Of a stretch of 64,000 nt of DNA, positions 34,801 to 49,000 are shown piece after piece. Source of the DNA: Klebsormidium nitens (taxonomy: Eukaryota; Plantae; Klebsormidiophyceae); NCBI GenBank assembly GCA_000708835.1, contig DF237309.1, positions 1-64,000 on the forward strand, written 5' to 3'. A program made the position numbers and the translations under genes. The notes beneath the pieces were generated by a model. The model was not told where the DNA came from. It saw only the letters and a list, made by a program, of their open reading frames with translations, and ran no database searches. The number at the start of each line of letters is the position of its first letter. Position 1 is the first letter of the stretch.

Positions 34801-37800
34801 AATCGCTTGTCTAGCCAAGGGGAACAAGCGGAAGAAAGTAGGGCAAGGACAGCAAGGGACGGCCAAGAAAGCAGCGGCTAACAAGAGGAAGAAGAAGGGG
34901 AGCGAAGCCTCAGGGGCTGAGTGTGAGCAGGATTCTAGGTCAGAAAGGGACGGGACAAAGGGAGGGTCAGCCAATGGAGATGAGGCGGTCATCGCGGAAG
35001 CCTCAGAACGGAAGCAGGATGAGCAAACGGGGGCCATGCCTGAGCAGGGCCAGAGAGCAAGTAGCGCAGGGGACGAGCAGGAAGCACTAGTTGGAGAAGA
35101 GGCCGGTCAGCCGGCTGAACCGAAGCAAGACGAGGAAATGGAAACGGAAGCAGCAGGGGAGCCAAAAAGCGCCGCCCAGCGGTCTCCTTTGGCCGCAGCG
35201 GCGGCGGGCCTCGGGCGCACCCCCGGGAAGAACGCTCTGGTGCGCGCTAAGCCGAAACCGATTGTTAGGCGGGTTGGGGGCAAACCGAACCGGGCGTTCC
35301 GGCCCCCTGCCAGGGTGAAGGCTGCGGAAACGGAAAGTGGGCAGGAGGGGCCCGCAAAGAAGCCAAAAGGTGGGGCAAAGAAAGCGGTCCCCACTAAAGC
35401 AGCGGTAGCGGACATTGCGGAAGAGGCTGAGGAAGAGGATGCGCAGCAGGGGGGCCTGCAGCCATCGGAGGGGGCCAGTCAGGAAGAGGAAGGCCAAGCG
35501 GGCAAGAGGAAGGGCGGACCAGCAGACGGGGACGAGCAAGGGGAGAAGAAAGTGAAGAGCGGGAAGAAGAAACGGAAGCTAGCCAGCAACGGTAGTGTTG
35601 TGGTGGGGAGGCGCAGCGAGGAGATGGTAACGCCTGCCAAGGGGGCAGAGAGAAAGTCGGGGTCCGCAGGGGGTGCACCAGAACCAGCGGCTGAGCCAAC
35701 GAGCGACGACCTGAGGCACGAGGCGGCGGGTGGAGGGCCGAAGCCCGAAGAGGAGTGCGGAACAGCCTCCGCACTGGATCCGACAAAAACAGGGGCAGGT
35801 GTTGTTGAAAAGGAATGCGAGGGGGGGAAGGAAAAGAAAGAGGGCAAGCAGAGTAAGAAGGGGGGCAAGAAGCCCCAAGGGGTCAAGAAAGGGACCGGCG
35901 AAATCGAGGGAGGGGACATAAAGGAAGCGGCGAAGGCGGATTCGCTGATTGAGGCAAACAAGGAGAACATCAAAAGCGAAGCCGAGAAAGCCGCAGCGCA
36001 GGGGGTGTCCTGCGAGGCGAAGAGCAGCCTGGGAGGAGCGCAAACGGCGCCCTACTTTGCGTTTGGAGGGAGCGGGGAGCAGAAGGACAGCATGGTCAAG
36101 AAAGTCAAGGTCAGGCGAACGTCACCTGTGCGCGTCTCGAGCATTCGCAGTTGGGCGTGCCTGCTTCACTCCGGTGCCCAGAGCGGCTGCAGCGGGGCTA
36201 CTCCGACCCCTTTTGAGTCGTTTCCCCCATCGTTTGCACTGCCACGTCAAGCGAATGGTTCAAGTTACTCAAGAAAGTCTGCCCCGCATTTCGAAAGGGA
36301 TTTGGTACCTCGCTTAACTACCAGCGAGTCACCGGCCGTTTCACGGACGCTTCATTGGCTTCACGTCCCTGAAGCTCTTCGACAGCCCACTTCCGGTCTC
36401 GGTACCGATCTACGTGGACGATCTCTTGCAGGCGCTGGGCGGCCGCGTGGCGCGGCTGGGCCACGAATTTGACCGCAAGACGACCCACGTGGTGCATCCC
36501 CCGCCCCTGAAACGCACCGAAAAGGTGCTGGCCGCGCTTGCTGCTGGACTCTGGCTGCTGCAGCCGGCCTTCCTCACCGCCAGCAAGCCCGCCGGGGGGT
36601 AAGGAACGAGCTCGCGTGTGACAAAAGACCCTTTTGCCGGTCGTCAAACCTGGAAATTCGTAGACGAGCGCTTTTTAGATGGTCGACCAAGTGTGATCAA
36701 CACTGATCCTTGCAAGGGATCCCCCCCCGCTTTTCTTTGTCGCACAAGCTTTCTATTCGATTCGTCCTCCCTCTGTCCGTTCCATTGCTGAAAGCGAAAA
36801 TGAATCACAGACTGACTTGCTTGCGGAAGTTTGCCACTCAAGCGAAATATCTGTATTGCGGAGGCAAGGCGGTTGCAAGGCATGGGTTCCTCGCCACTCG
36901 TTGCAGAAACTCTCAGTCAAGCGTTCAAAAGATGCCGACCATTACAGCCGCCCTTCCCGTGTTCAAAACAAAACAGCAAAACAGCCTCGATACGGTCCCC
37001 TTTCAGCGTAGACGAATGAGATTCAAATGCCAATCCACTTCCGTCGACGTTCTCTTTTCTCACGTGGAGTTTCTCGCTCCCAGGTGGGCTACCGAAGAGG
37101 AGCACGAGTGGGTCCCAGGGACCGGTGACGTGGGCGCGGCTCTTGATTTGTCGGCGCCGCGCCACTGGCGGCAGCGACGCGCGGAGACGGGGCGGCGTGC
37201 GTTGCAGGGCCTGCGCGTGGTGTTGTACGGCGACTTCCAGAACCCGACCACTGACGCGCTCAAGCGAATCGTGCTCGCGGGGGGCGGCCAGGTGAGGCGG
37301 CACGAACAAACTTGCGGCTGCCCTTGGAGTGAGGGTTGATTCAGGTTTAAGCTGGATTGCTCCCTTGTTGGGATTTGCCACGATAGCTGGTTGGCGTTGT
37401 GGCTTGATTTAAGATGATCGACCGCTCGAATTGACTGGGCTTTGTCGTGGCGTACTGATATCGGCTCAATCCTTTCTTTGAGATGGACGATGCACGAAGG
37501 CACCAACAGAGTGTCCAAAACAGGCACGGTCGACTGACGCTTCGACGGTTATCCTTGCGTTTCTGCTTCTCCTTTCACAAAGCCACACTGAATATCCACG
37601 CTTCTCACGTTGAGCTCGTTCCTTAATTGTGTGGTTTGTTTCGTCGTTATTCCGCTTTTTGGACGCCCTCTTTTTGCCCTGCCAGGTGTTGGCCAGCGGC
37701 CCCGGTCCCCTCAAGCTGCCCGCTGCGAGTGCGAGCAGCGTACAAGTCGCCATCATCGGAGAGGGAGTGCTCAGCGCCGACGTGTGCGTGACGGAGCTTT

Positions 37801-38330
37801 TGGCGGCCGGCGCGGGTTGCGTCAATGCCACGTGGCTCCTGGACACGCTCTCGCTGCCACGTGGCGATCACTCGCAGCACGTGCTGTTCGGCACGGAGGC
37901 CGCCGTGGCTGCCGCCCTCGAGAGCGTCAACAGTGCTCCGGCGGAACCGCAGAAAGGTACCGGCAAAGGGGTAGGGAAAATGGGGAAGGCAGGACCCAAA
38001 GCGAAAGGAGTTCTGCAACCCCATAGTGCAGGAGGGAGCCTTAAGACCAGCGCAAAGACGGGGAAGAAGGCGGGCAAGGACAAGGGAACTGCGAAAAGCG
38101 GGGGTTCGGTTGAAGCTGAGGATAGCGTATTAGAGGAAGAGGATGACGTGGCGTGCGGGGTGTGCGGCCGCGTGGACCAGGAGGCGGAGATGGTGCTGTG
38201 TGACGGCAGAGGGGGGCAGTGTGACCTGGCAGTGCACATCTTCTGCATGGCGCCGCCGTTGAAACAGGTGCCCGAAGGGGACTGGTTCTGCTCCATCTGC
38301 CAGGAAGGACAGGGCGGAGCGAGTCCGTGA
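31849..38330 (+). CDS. Multi-BRCT protein with C-terminal PHD finger (At4g02110-like)
   Basis: N-terminal BRCT pair (IFEGVRFALLGY...CTHLI...WVEHC; ISLTGYKG...NTHLICYEFKGEKYNFA...VNHRWLED). ~2.3-kb exon encoding a charged disordered linker. Second BRCT pair (TTHVVHPPPLKRTEKVLAALAAG.W; ALQGLRVVLYG...NATWLLD). PHD CGVCG...MVLCDG...C..AVHIFC..PPL..VPEGDWFCSIC. Confidence 0.9.
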
Positions 38331-40047
38331 GGCAGGAAACATGGTCTGCAGAAATGTCAAGCGGCTCTGGAGCAGTATTTTGTGGCTCTGTTGCATCGCG
38401 GCACGAGCAGTCAATCGGTTTAGAGAACACGCAGTTCCTCAAGTGCTGCAGGGGGTCAAACGGTGCTAGGATGATGCACTCAGTATTTATTCTGCTGGTG
38501 CGGGCTGGTCGGACAAAAGCAGGCTGTCAAGTGAGATGTCAGCTGTGATTCCGACCACCCCAATCCTTCTGGGGTGCTCTACCCGTCCTCTTCACATCAA
38601 TCTGAATGAGATTGGCAGGCCCGCGGTCGGGCCTGGAGCTCTTGCCTTGGAAACCCGGCACATATTTGCACACGCGAACGCGGAAGCGTGGCCCCAGACA
38701 ATGTTGGTGTGCCCGGCCGCGCTACCGCACGTGACTTGTGACGACATACCTGTGCACTTACTTAGGTGCGGTAGATCTCAAGGGCTGCAAAGCCCGATAT
38801 ATTTTGGCGCGCCCCTTATAGTTTGATAGTTGACTGTCATCTTAAGCATCATCGTACGTGATCCACGAACAACAATCAACGTAGGTACATGACTTCATTT
38901 AGTCATGTGCGAATGTTGTTCACGATCGAACGATATGCCATCTATCAACTTCACTCCGACCAGCATGACGATTAAGTTGGTACCGTACCGTAGCTAGTAG
39001 GACCACATGATGTAGCATTTCTCTAGCTAAAATCAATGATGTGCCATGGATGAGCCCGCATGCATGCCGCAGCGCGCTGCCGCCGTCGGACGTCCGAATC
39101 GCGATGAGTCTCACTGAGACGATCATTGTTTGGCGGCCTGCAGCACACTGCATGATTGGCGCAATGCATGATGTACGTGTGTGCCATGTGCGCGCGCGCT
39201 GCAGCATATGGGATGGACTCCATCGTCTGTGGGTGACCGTCAGGGATATGCAGTGCGGCGGCCATAATGATGACCATATTGCAATCAATAATCACTAGAT
39301 CGCGGATCGCTCGATCACTGAGCCTAGCCTAGTGTATTGTTCGCGCTGGCATAAAATAAGTGTCCGGTCGGCCAGGATCAATCGCCGGATACGTATATAG
39401 GATAACCTGCTGCGGGCCCGGCGCCGCAATCGGCGGCATCAAATGTGGATTGCGCCGCAAACATGGCGGTACCGCCATGTTTACATTGAATGTATACATT
39501 GAACAGTGAATACATTGCCCCGGCCGGCTACGCCGCCTAAAATTGCACAAGCGCATATATATAGCCTGAACGCTGGCATGCCGCAGCTAGTGCTCACGTA
39601 CATAGAAAGATACACAATGATGGGCGGCCAGAGCGACCTCCGCCGACCGAGCTGCAATCAATCAACCAATCCAATGCACACAAGCAATTGATGGAGGCCC
39701 CGCCAATAGCGTAACGTGGAGTCGCCAAAAGCGAGTGGCCAAAAGCGAGTGCTCATGACCTCAAGTGACCAATAAGCACCCGTAAGTGCTCTCACTAGAA
39801 CGATCTCGACGAACAGCCGAAAGATGTGCCCTCTTCAGCGTCTATGTCAATTTACCTCTATCACAAGGTCCTGCCTTAGTATACACCAACGCGAGCAGAT
39901 TGATCTAACAACGCATACATCCTAGATTCTCCCGAATGATAAACAACCGAGGTTGCCCTCTTCCATCTTTCCCCGCCCCTCGCCATTACCCTTCCGCCAC
40001 CCTCGCTCCTTCAGCTCTCCTCAAGGCTATTTCAGGGGGTGCCCCGC

Positions 40048-43000
40048 TTAGGCTTGTCTTCCCCCCCTCAGCGACCTCGTTTTCCCGATGGGGCGCGCCT
40101 CCTTCTGCATCCCTCGGTTTGTCTCACCGTTACCTACAGCCGAGCCCGACTGGACAGGTGGCGGCTCCAGGATCGTCGATCCCGCCAAGTCGCGCACCGC
40201 TGCCTCCAGGTGCTCAAGACTGCTGCGCATCTGCACAAGCAAACGCGGTGGATACCACGCCAATTGCCTGCCCTTGGGAGAGCAACAAAAGGAACTTTCC
40301 GAAGCCTTCGGAATTCCTATTCAAAGCCTACCTAGTCATGAAATCCAACTGACCGTTTTTACTGCAATCAGCAACTACGCCATCCCAACGGACACAAGCT
40401 CCGTAGAATAGAAGAAATATGTTACATGCAAACTCAAATGGCAATACGCAGTGCTGCGACTAGAGCAAAGGCCCGTTCACGCAGACATGTCTGTCTATAT
40501 ATGCGAGAATATCATCTTACATATGTCCGAGTAATAAGAGTCTTCTTACCTTGCGCTTCCCTGCTGTGGATCTCTTCCGCTTGACACCGGCCAGCGCGTT
40601 CTCCCCTTTCCCGCCCAGAAGGGACGCCCCGACCATTCCGTTTTCCGTACCTTCCATTTCTTCCCCTCTTGTCCCATCCACAGCCATCTCCGCTCCCTCC
40701 GACTTTTGCTTGCCCGCCAGTGAGCTAGGGCCACGTGGCACTCCCTGATGGATTCCATTGGGCAACTTCCCGCCGTTCTCAACCGGCGTCTCGTCTCCTT
40801 CCGTAGCTTTGCTCTCCGCTCGAGCTGCCACCTGTTTCTGCTCGGTGCGACTTGTACCGGGCAGCTCCTGGGAGTGGCCGCCAATGTTGCTGTTGGCCCG
40901 GTTTGGAGGCCCCGGGGGAGACGGCTCGGACGGCAACTGAAGCCCCTTCTGAGGGCCCTGCAAATGGAGATGGGGATTGGTTAGCTTTTCGAGACTGGAA
41001 AACCTTGTGAAAACTTCAGATGTGCCGAAAAAGCGCAAAACGAGGTTTTACAAAAGGTCAAGTGGAACTTTAAAAACCCTCGTCTAGTGGCTGTGCCTGT
41101 CTTTGAGTTTCTTTGAACGCCTGTATCAAGGTGCTTTAAACTCGACGATCCAAGAAACACGGATTAACAGCGAGGACCCAGACTCACGCTGACTTGCACA
41201 AAGCTGAGTCTCCTTCAGCCTGCGATGCAAGAGCGCTAAACCTGGCCTTACCTTGCCTGCCTTCTTTGGGCCCTTCCCCTTGGCCCGGGGCTGCCCCCCG
41301 GGGGCGCACCGCGGGCACACCACAATGGCCGGCACACTGTCCCGGTCCCGGATCCGCAGGCAGCGCGTGTGCAGCCACGTGGCACACGTGTCGCACTCTG
41401 CCATGCGCTCCCCGTCGTCGTCCTTCGTGCCACAAAGACAGTCCACCACCCAGCTCTCCAGCCCCGCCTCGAACCGCGCCTCGCTCGCAAGATCCGCGCC
41501 CGCACCGGTACCTGTGAGCGACCACAGCGCCACGATCGCAGGATCGTCTTGGCCGGGGGGCAACGGGTGCACTTTTCCCGTTCTCTGCTCCCCCCTGTTG
41601 AGACTACCTAGTGACCCTTCCGCTTGCTGTTTCCCCACAAGTAACCCTGCGTTCTGCTCACCCCAAGCTGCAGAGAAGTGACGGGGGACACCCCCTCCGG
41701 CGCCTTCTTCCGACGCCTCTCTCTTCGTATTCGTTGGCCCGCCCCCACCTAGCTGCCCAAACTCAAGCGCCATGTCAGTAATAAGGCCTCCCCCCGTTTC
41801 GAGGGGTGCACTGCTGGGCTCCCAGGGTCCTCCCCCACCCGTCGCTTGCCCCGCTTCCGCCAACCCCTCCTGACGTGGACTGTCCCCGAGCTCTCCCATA
41901 GTAACGTCAGCAGCCGACTCGGACGGATAGGTCACTCTGTCCGTTCCCCCAAGCGCACTCCCCTTGCTATTCGCCTTGTTCACCTCCCTCCCAAATCCGA
42001 AGCTCCTCTCCTTCGCTAACAGGGGCCTTACCGCCGCCTTGTCCGGCGTCCCCCCCCACCCCTCAACTCGCGTCACCCGGAATGACCTCATCATGACGTA
42101 CATCTCCTGAAACGCACTCCCCGCTTCCGCTTTCAGCTCCTTGAACGTCGCCCCCGAGGGAAGCACAAGCAGCTCCTGCGGGGGGTCGCATTTCGCCCGT
42201 GGATTCGGCCCCTGATCTTGAAGCTTTACCCCAAACAAAAGCCGGATGTCCGCCCCCTGGCCCGGCTCTTGACACCGCGACTCGCCACGTTCCCCGTGAT
42301 AGCTCTTGATGAACTTTTTGGTGTTGTGGATCGCTTTGGACGCGCGCAGCACAGCGACGGGGTCGATCGGCGAGGGGTCGGTGTGAACGGCCACCGAGAG
42401 CCCATTCCCCACGTGCTTCGGCTCAATCCCCTCCCTTGAAACACCAAGCGGTTCCTCCTTCCCCGTCGTCGCCGCTCGTCCGCGATGCTCAATAGCGATT
42501 TCTTCATTCGCCTCCTCCCTTACGTCACTGGCCAGATGCGAAACGCTCCCATTCACATGGATTTCAGCAAAGGCCGCCGGCACTTGCGAACCAGATCCTG
42601 TTCGCCATTCCTGTTTGGCCTCCACCAGATCTAGCTCCTTCTTTTCCGGCTTCTTCTCCTCACCCTCAGGCCCCTGCGTCTTCGAAGTGCCAAACTTCCC
42701 TTCTGCCCCGCGACCATGTGGCTGATACTCCTCAGGAGCTTCCTTTTTGACCGCAAATTTTCCATTTCCCGTCAGCCCGTCCCTGTTGCCCGCCTCATGC
42801 ACGCAACTCTCCCCCTTCCCTGAAGTACTATTTATCTTCTCGTCCGTTTGCAGCAGACCCCCTGCCGAACCGCTTTCAAACCCCTTTCCGGTAAATTCTC
42901 CTCCTCCCGTCCCCTCCGCAACACTGGTCAGGGGGGTCATTCCCAGCGGCGTTTCCTCCCCCCCGAAAGGAGTGGTGGGCGCAATGCCGAGGGCGGGGTT

Positions 43001-46000
43001 GACGGATCCCGTACGGCGCAGCTTGCGCGCGGCTTTGTACGAGAGCACCACCTGCTGCTGCAAGTATCGCAGGTCCTTTACCACGTCCTGCTTTGTCAGC
43101 TTGTGCGCGCCGGCAGCAGTCACGCCACCTGCGAGTCCGGAAAAGCTGAGTGAGCACGGCATTCATCCAACAAGAGAAAGAACTCGAAGAGAAGGGAGCT
43201 TATGGACGTAGAACTCAATATTGCTCCGGCCAAACGCAGATGGTATAACGCTCCCCAGATGCAAGGAGCGCAATCGAAATCTGCCTTGAAAGCAAGATCG
43301 CTCCGCTTTCCTGCCGGGTCTGACGCTCGTTTTGAATCAACTTACCAAAATTGCCTGCAATGGAATCCCTTAGTAAGCCTCGGAAACATATTTGTGACTG
43401 ACAGATTTACCACCGCAGTTTGGGGCTTCCATGTTGACTGCCCAAGCAAGGCAGGTGTAGCGGTGACAACAAGCAGCACGACCGCACAGCCTTACCTGGC
43501 GTCCCCTTCTGCGGGCTTCCAGCAACCCTCCTAGAGCGTTCCGGCCGCGCGCCATCATCTGCCCCCGCCGCCGTTTCTTCCGAGCCACCCCCCTCGGGCC
43601 CCTGCCTTTTCTTCCCCATCGTCCCCGCTTCCCCCTGTTTCGCGGTGCTCACACCCTCACTTTGCATTCCCGGCAAGTACAAACTCCTCCGGGCGGTTTT
43701 TGCCGCGGCACCTCCGCGCAAATGGTTCGCTGCCACGACGTGCTTGGACCCGGACCCCTTCCCACTTCCGCTTTCCTTCTGCATCCCCTCCCTTTCCGCT
43801 GGCCGTTCGGATGCACCCGTCTCTGCGGGGACGTCCGATGCTCCTTTTTTTGCGCCAGCTTCCATCTCCGCACCTTGCCCTCCCTCATTGCCTTTCCTTT
43901 CGCTCACGGCAGCCCCGGCGTCCTCAGCTTTTTCAGCACTTCCGTTCTCTGCAATCGCCGGGCTGGGGCCAGGTTCTCCGACCTGCCCTGAGGTTTTGCC
44001 CTCTCCCGAAAAGTGGTCGGAAGCTGAAACCCCGACCTTTTCCGTGGCCTCAGCAGCAACGGGAGGCGCAGTGAGGTCCACGGCGCCAGCGTGGTTCCCG
44101 AGGACCTCCAGCCTGGAAAAGAAAAGAAGGCCCGCTCAGGAACTGTGAGGGTTTGCTCGAACGAAGAAGGGAACGAACAAGGCAGGATCCGCGACGCTGG
44201 AGCTTTGCTTGAAACCATCGGAACAGATTTGCATTCCACCTGAGTAACGTGACTGCTCCAATAGGCAAGCTCGAAACTAGACCTCCTATGAAGCCTACAA
44301 ACTATGTTAAAAGATTCACCATGTGGGATGAAACCAAACAGCAAAACGAAAACACTCGTACAGCCCAGAGAAAGACCAGAATATCCGCTGTTCACGCACA
44401 CCTGGGCCCAATCCAAAAACACATTCTAAGCGGAAATCCCCCGAAGAAATGCCGTCAAATTCTTAAGAACCAACAGCGCAAAAGTAATTGCTTACCTATA
44501 TTCCATGACGTGGCTATCCGGGTGCACCATGCGCCGCACGACGGCCCCTCCGCCCACTTCCAGATTCTCCACCACCCGCAGCGCGTAGTTGAGCAGCCCG
44601 GTGTCCCCGATCTTGGTGCGTGCCTTCTCTTTCAGGCTGACACGTGTCATCCACGTGTTGTCCGGCAACGTCCGGATGATGCTCACCAGCGCTTTGATTG
44701 CATCGTCAATGCGGCGCGGGGTGTACCTACAGAAGATGTAAGGTCTGCTCGGTCGTCGATGAGTATTTTGAAAGATAATTACACAAACAAGGACTCAGGA
44801 AAACTCGGAACAGAACGGCAACTTTTGCTCGTAAACATCGGCTGCAGGAGGATCTGTTGGTTCTCAAACCGAACTTATCCCCGATTGATAACGCGAAAAG
44901 TCGTCAACAAAAGAAACTAGAAAGCAGCTCTTGCAATCTTCAAAGAAAGCTATCAGAAAGAAGCTTGAAATTGTGCAGAATCTTGCTATCACGGACGGTG
45001 GAGCCAACTTCAAAGTTCGTAGTCAAAGGCCGAGTTCCGCGCTATCTGCAGGTCGACCTTGGGGCCAACCTTCTCTCCCCACCTGCTCTTGCCGCTGTCC
45101 ACGGAGGGGCTCCTGGTGCTCTCGCGCGACGACTCGAAGGTGCGCACCAGCTTCGACATCGACCCCTCCGGCATCGGCGGCTTCCCCGCCGCCCGCCCGC
45201 TCTCCCCAACCTCCCTCTCCGGCGTCTGCTCCGGGGGGGAGTACGACAGCTGCAACGCCGACCCGGGGTCTGCCCCCCTCCCATGCCGCGGGGGCCGCTT
45301 CGGTGTCCGCCGCACCGCGGGCGTGCGCGGCCCTTCGCTCGCCGCACGCGCGCTTTCGTACGCGCTTCGCTGGAGAGGCGACGCCGCCCGCGCCCGGGGA
45401 CTCCGAGCCGCCTCTGAACCAGTCACGCCTCCGGGTTCGGTAACCTGACCTTTTTCGCCCTCACTTGCCAGTGAATGCGGAAAGCTGACGTCACCATTGG
45501 CGGCGGGCCCGTTCTCCTGCTCCCCGAGGCGCGTCCTCTTGGCCTTCCTCCGGAGCGCTGCCTCGCTGTCGAGGCTGCCGTCGCGCTCAAACCCAGCCCC
45601 GCTCATCCCCAAAACGCGCGCCTCTTCCTCCAACCGCTGCCGCGATCTCCGCGGCCCGGGGCTCTCCTCCCGAGCTACCTCCCCCGCTTTGCGTTTCCGG
45701 GGGGACACGGGCGGCGACCCGTTGCCCCTTGGTGACGTCCTCGTTAGCGGCTTTTTGGGCGACCTCATCGGCGAAGTAGCTGGCAGCTTGCCCGGGGACT
45801 TGGTGGACAATTTCCCGGGCGACTTGGCTGGTGAACTCCGGGGGCTCTTGCTCAGGTTCGGTGAGCGGGGGCTGCTGCTGCCGTTCCCGAGACCCATCCT
45901 TTGGCGAAACCCAACCTTTAGTCCTTTAGCCGGCCGCCGCATGTTCTGCGTCCGGGCCTTTGCAATCCCCTTCAGCGGACCCTGCATGAGGCCACGGAAG

Positions 46001-49000
46001 CGGCCCCCGTTTTGCGCCGACCCAATACCTCCCCGTCGAGCTTTACTCCCCTTCCCGCTCCCCTGCTTCAAGAACCCCGCCTTTTGGCCCCGCTTAAGCG
46101 CGTTCGATCCATTCTGCGTCTTTGCGAAGACCCCGTCTGCCTCCTTCCCATCCGGCAGTTTCGGCCGCAACTCGAGCATGAACCGATACAGCTCGCCCAG
46201 AGTGCGCACGGACCCCCCCGAAATCTTCTGGTACTTCGAAATGATAGCCGCCACGTTGTGATCCACCAGCTCGAAGTGCGAAATTATCGTGGCGAGGGGG
46301 AGACTCTGGAGCAGCGCGACAGCGCCCGAGTAGGCGTCTTTGGAAACGCCGAAGCTGCCGCGGCCAAAGCGGTAGCCCCAGCGGCCGTACCACGTGCAGC
46401 CATAGGCAACGGCGTGCAGGAGCCGGAAGTCGAGGCCGAACTTCTTGCTGACGTCCTGGACCGACACGTCCCTGCAGCAGGAAACAACGAAAGTCAAGTG
46501 AGACCAGAATCTGAAGGACCACAATTTCTAAGTGAAGGGTCTGCATGAAAGACAGAGTGGAGAAGAGCTGTGCGATGCACACTTCTGTGTACTGCTTGAA
46601 AGCACGACGGAGGACGGCTGAAGGACGAGGCCTTTGCAATCTTGAGTCCAGCTGAAAGGTGCGCCCAAATCCTCTCGACAACTCAGCCGAATGAAGGATG
46701 AAAGGAGATAGGTTACCGGAAATGAAGGACAAAAGGAGGGAGACGTCAGTCACGCTTCAGTCACAAACAGGCACTTTAGAAGCAACTCGAAGAGCAAATT
46801 GCAAGGACAAAGAAAAGATACGGGTTCTCAACGTGTCCGCCAAAAAAGAATGTTTGTCATCTTGCGAACGCTTTCAAGTCTGATTTGAAGCTGAGGTGAC
46901 AAAGACGAATCCAAGTGCGCTGCTAGTTCGACTAGCATTGCGGAAAACAATCATCCTACCAGCTGAAACGTTATCTCCCAAAGAACGTGGCGTTTCAAGC
47001 CGTTTGCAAGGTCGTCTAATCAAGACGTTGCGCAGCAGTGATCCCTTTGCCTGTTGCTTTCATCAAAAGCCTGGAGCTAACCAGAAAAGTGGAATTAATA
47101 ACCTTGCGGCACCAATTAGGCTGTTAATGATTCTCAACAAGGCCAGCCAATTTTGCACGTCAGTCCCCCTTTTCATTTCCAGGAACAGTCGCCCAAGCTC
47201 AGCACGACTACAATGCAAGCTTCCAACTAAGCTTGAACCAAGTGTCACAGGACTAGGCAAAGTCCTCACCGAGCCTTGAGCAGCGTACAAAGGCGGTCCC
47301 AAAAGTCCATGAGCTGCGTCCCCGAAAGGACGCGCGAGCCCCGCTCCCGCCCGTTGATCCTCATCAGGTGTCCATACCCGTTTGAGTGCAGCACGCCATG
47401 TAGCAAATGGGTCTGCACCTCCAGTGCCGAGGACCGTCGCAGGTCGGCCCCGCACTGGGGGCACTCGCTTGACACCACCGGGCAAGATGCCTCGCAGCTG
47501 GGACAGTGGCGGGTGCCGGTGTCAAGAACGGTAGCGCTGTCTTCGCTGGGGAGGATGAAGTGGAAGCGCGAGCAGGAGACAGGGTGGTGGCCCCAGCCTG
47601 AAAAGATTGATGCAAAATGGTCAAAAACTTGTGCAAAGCTTAAGCATAGCTCGCAAAGAGGGCGCGTAAAGGACTTCATGACTTTGTGCACAATGAACGC
47701 AGTTCAAGCACCAAGCATTTAAGAACAGAAGTCAGCAATACCCTTCATAGCAGTCTCACCCTGTCTCGCGTGCTGTCAAAGGTCAGTCATAAGACACAAG
47801 GAGGCCAGAGGGCCGCAGAGGCAAGTCTAATCAACGCCAGTAGCACAGGGGGGCGGACTTTTGATTGCAAATTGAGCGGTTCATGGACGTGAAGCGGGCA
47901 GCTAAGGGCCACAATAGCAGCACAAGTAGTGCAAGGACTGACTTCCCAGTGGAAGAGTTGTCATCCAAACTGAAGGAAATTGGTCCGACCAGGTGCAATG
48001 AGATTGTCCAGAACAAGACTGCCAGCTAAGCACGCACACGAAGGAGTGATTGCCAATCTCTTGAGAGCGCACAAAAGCGTAAGCTGTATGAACCAGAGAC
48101 GAGTGATGTCGCCTAGAAAAGAGTGTGACAGGATGTGGCCGGCTCACCGATCACCCTGCACTGCTCGCAGTACAACTTCCCTGTTGCTGGCACATCCTCC
48201 TCAAAGACCAGCAGGTCATCAGTGCCCCCCTGGCCGTCGCTGAAGGCAATCTTCCACCTGGACGTTCCCGCCAGGGAGCATGGCTGTGGCTCTCCCACTT
48301 CGGACAGCAGGCGCCGGACGTTGGACCGGAAGGGGCCGTCCAACCGGGCGCTGATTGGTGGAAGTTCCGCCATGCTGGCCGCATCCTGTCAGGCGCAGCT
48401 CATGGAAGGAGGGGGAGAGGGAGGGGGCTGTGTGCCTGTACAAGAGAGGGAGCCAGAGCTGTTCAAAGAGAGGAATCCTTTCAAGGACGCCTGCTGCAAA
48501 GCCTAGCATCCCACTACTTTCTTCTGCAATCTGGTTGACGCCCAGGCAACTTGAGACAGCGGTCAGGCAGGCAGCAGTTCTATTCAGACGGATGGAGTCA
48601 TCATTCACGCACTAGTTGACCCCAAGCTGAGTCCTCCTGAGATGAGGGAGTCATTTGCCAGTGCTCTGTTGCTAGGCCCCACTGAGCAGCAGCGGTGAGC
48701 AGCACAGAGAAGGCAGGCTGCAACCGCAATGGCTGACTGGCAAGTGACAGTCAACGATTCCCCACACAACATTGACAAGCAGGCTCGGCAAGCAACAGAT
48801 GCATCAGCAGACTGTGATGGGGCCAGTGAGCAATGGCTATCAAGCTGACAGGGACAGTGCAACCATGTATGTTGTCTGTACCTTTGCAGGAGGCTTGGCT
48901 TCCAGGTTGACACAGCAGGGGCACATACAGTGGTCTTTGGAAGTAAGAGTAGCCTCAGGAAGGGGCATGAAGCTGAGGAAGAGATGCATTCATGGCCATA

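Noticed and set aside
33903-36043. Long antisense ORFs (e.g. 33985-35037, 350 aa) opposite the big BRCT-gene exon
   Set aside because: Shadow frames of GC/purine-rich low-complexity coding sequence; Ser/Pro/Phe-rich with no motifs
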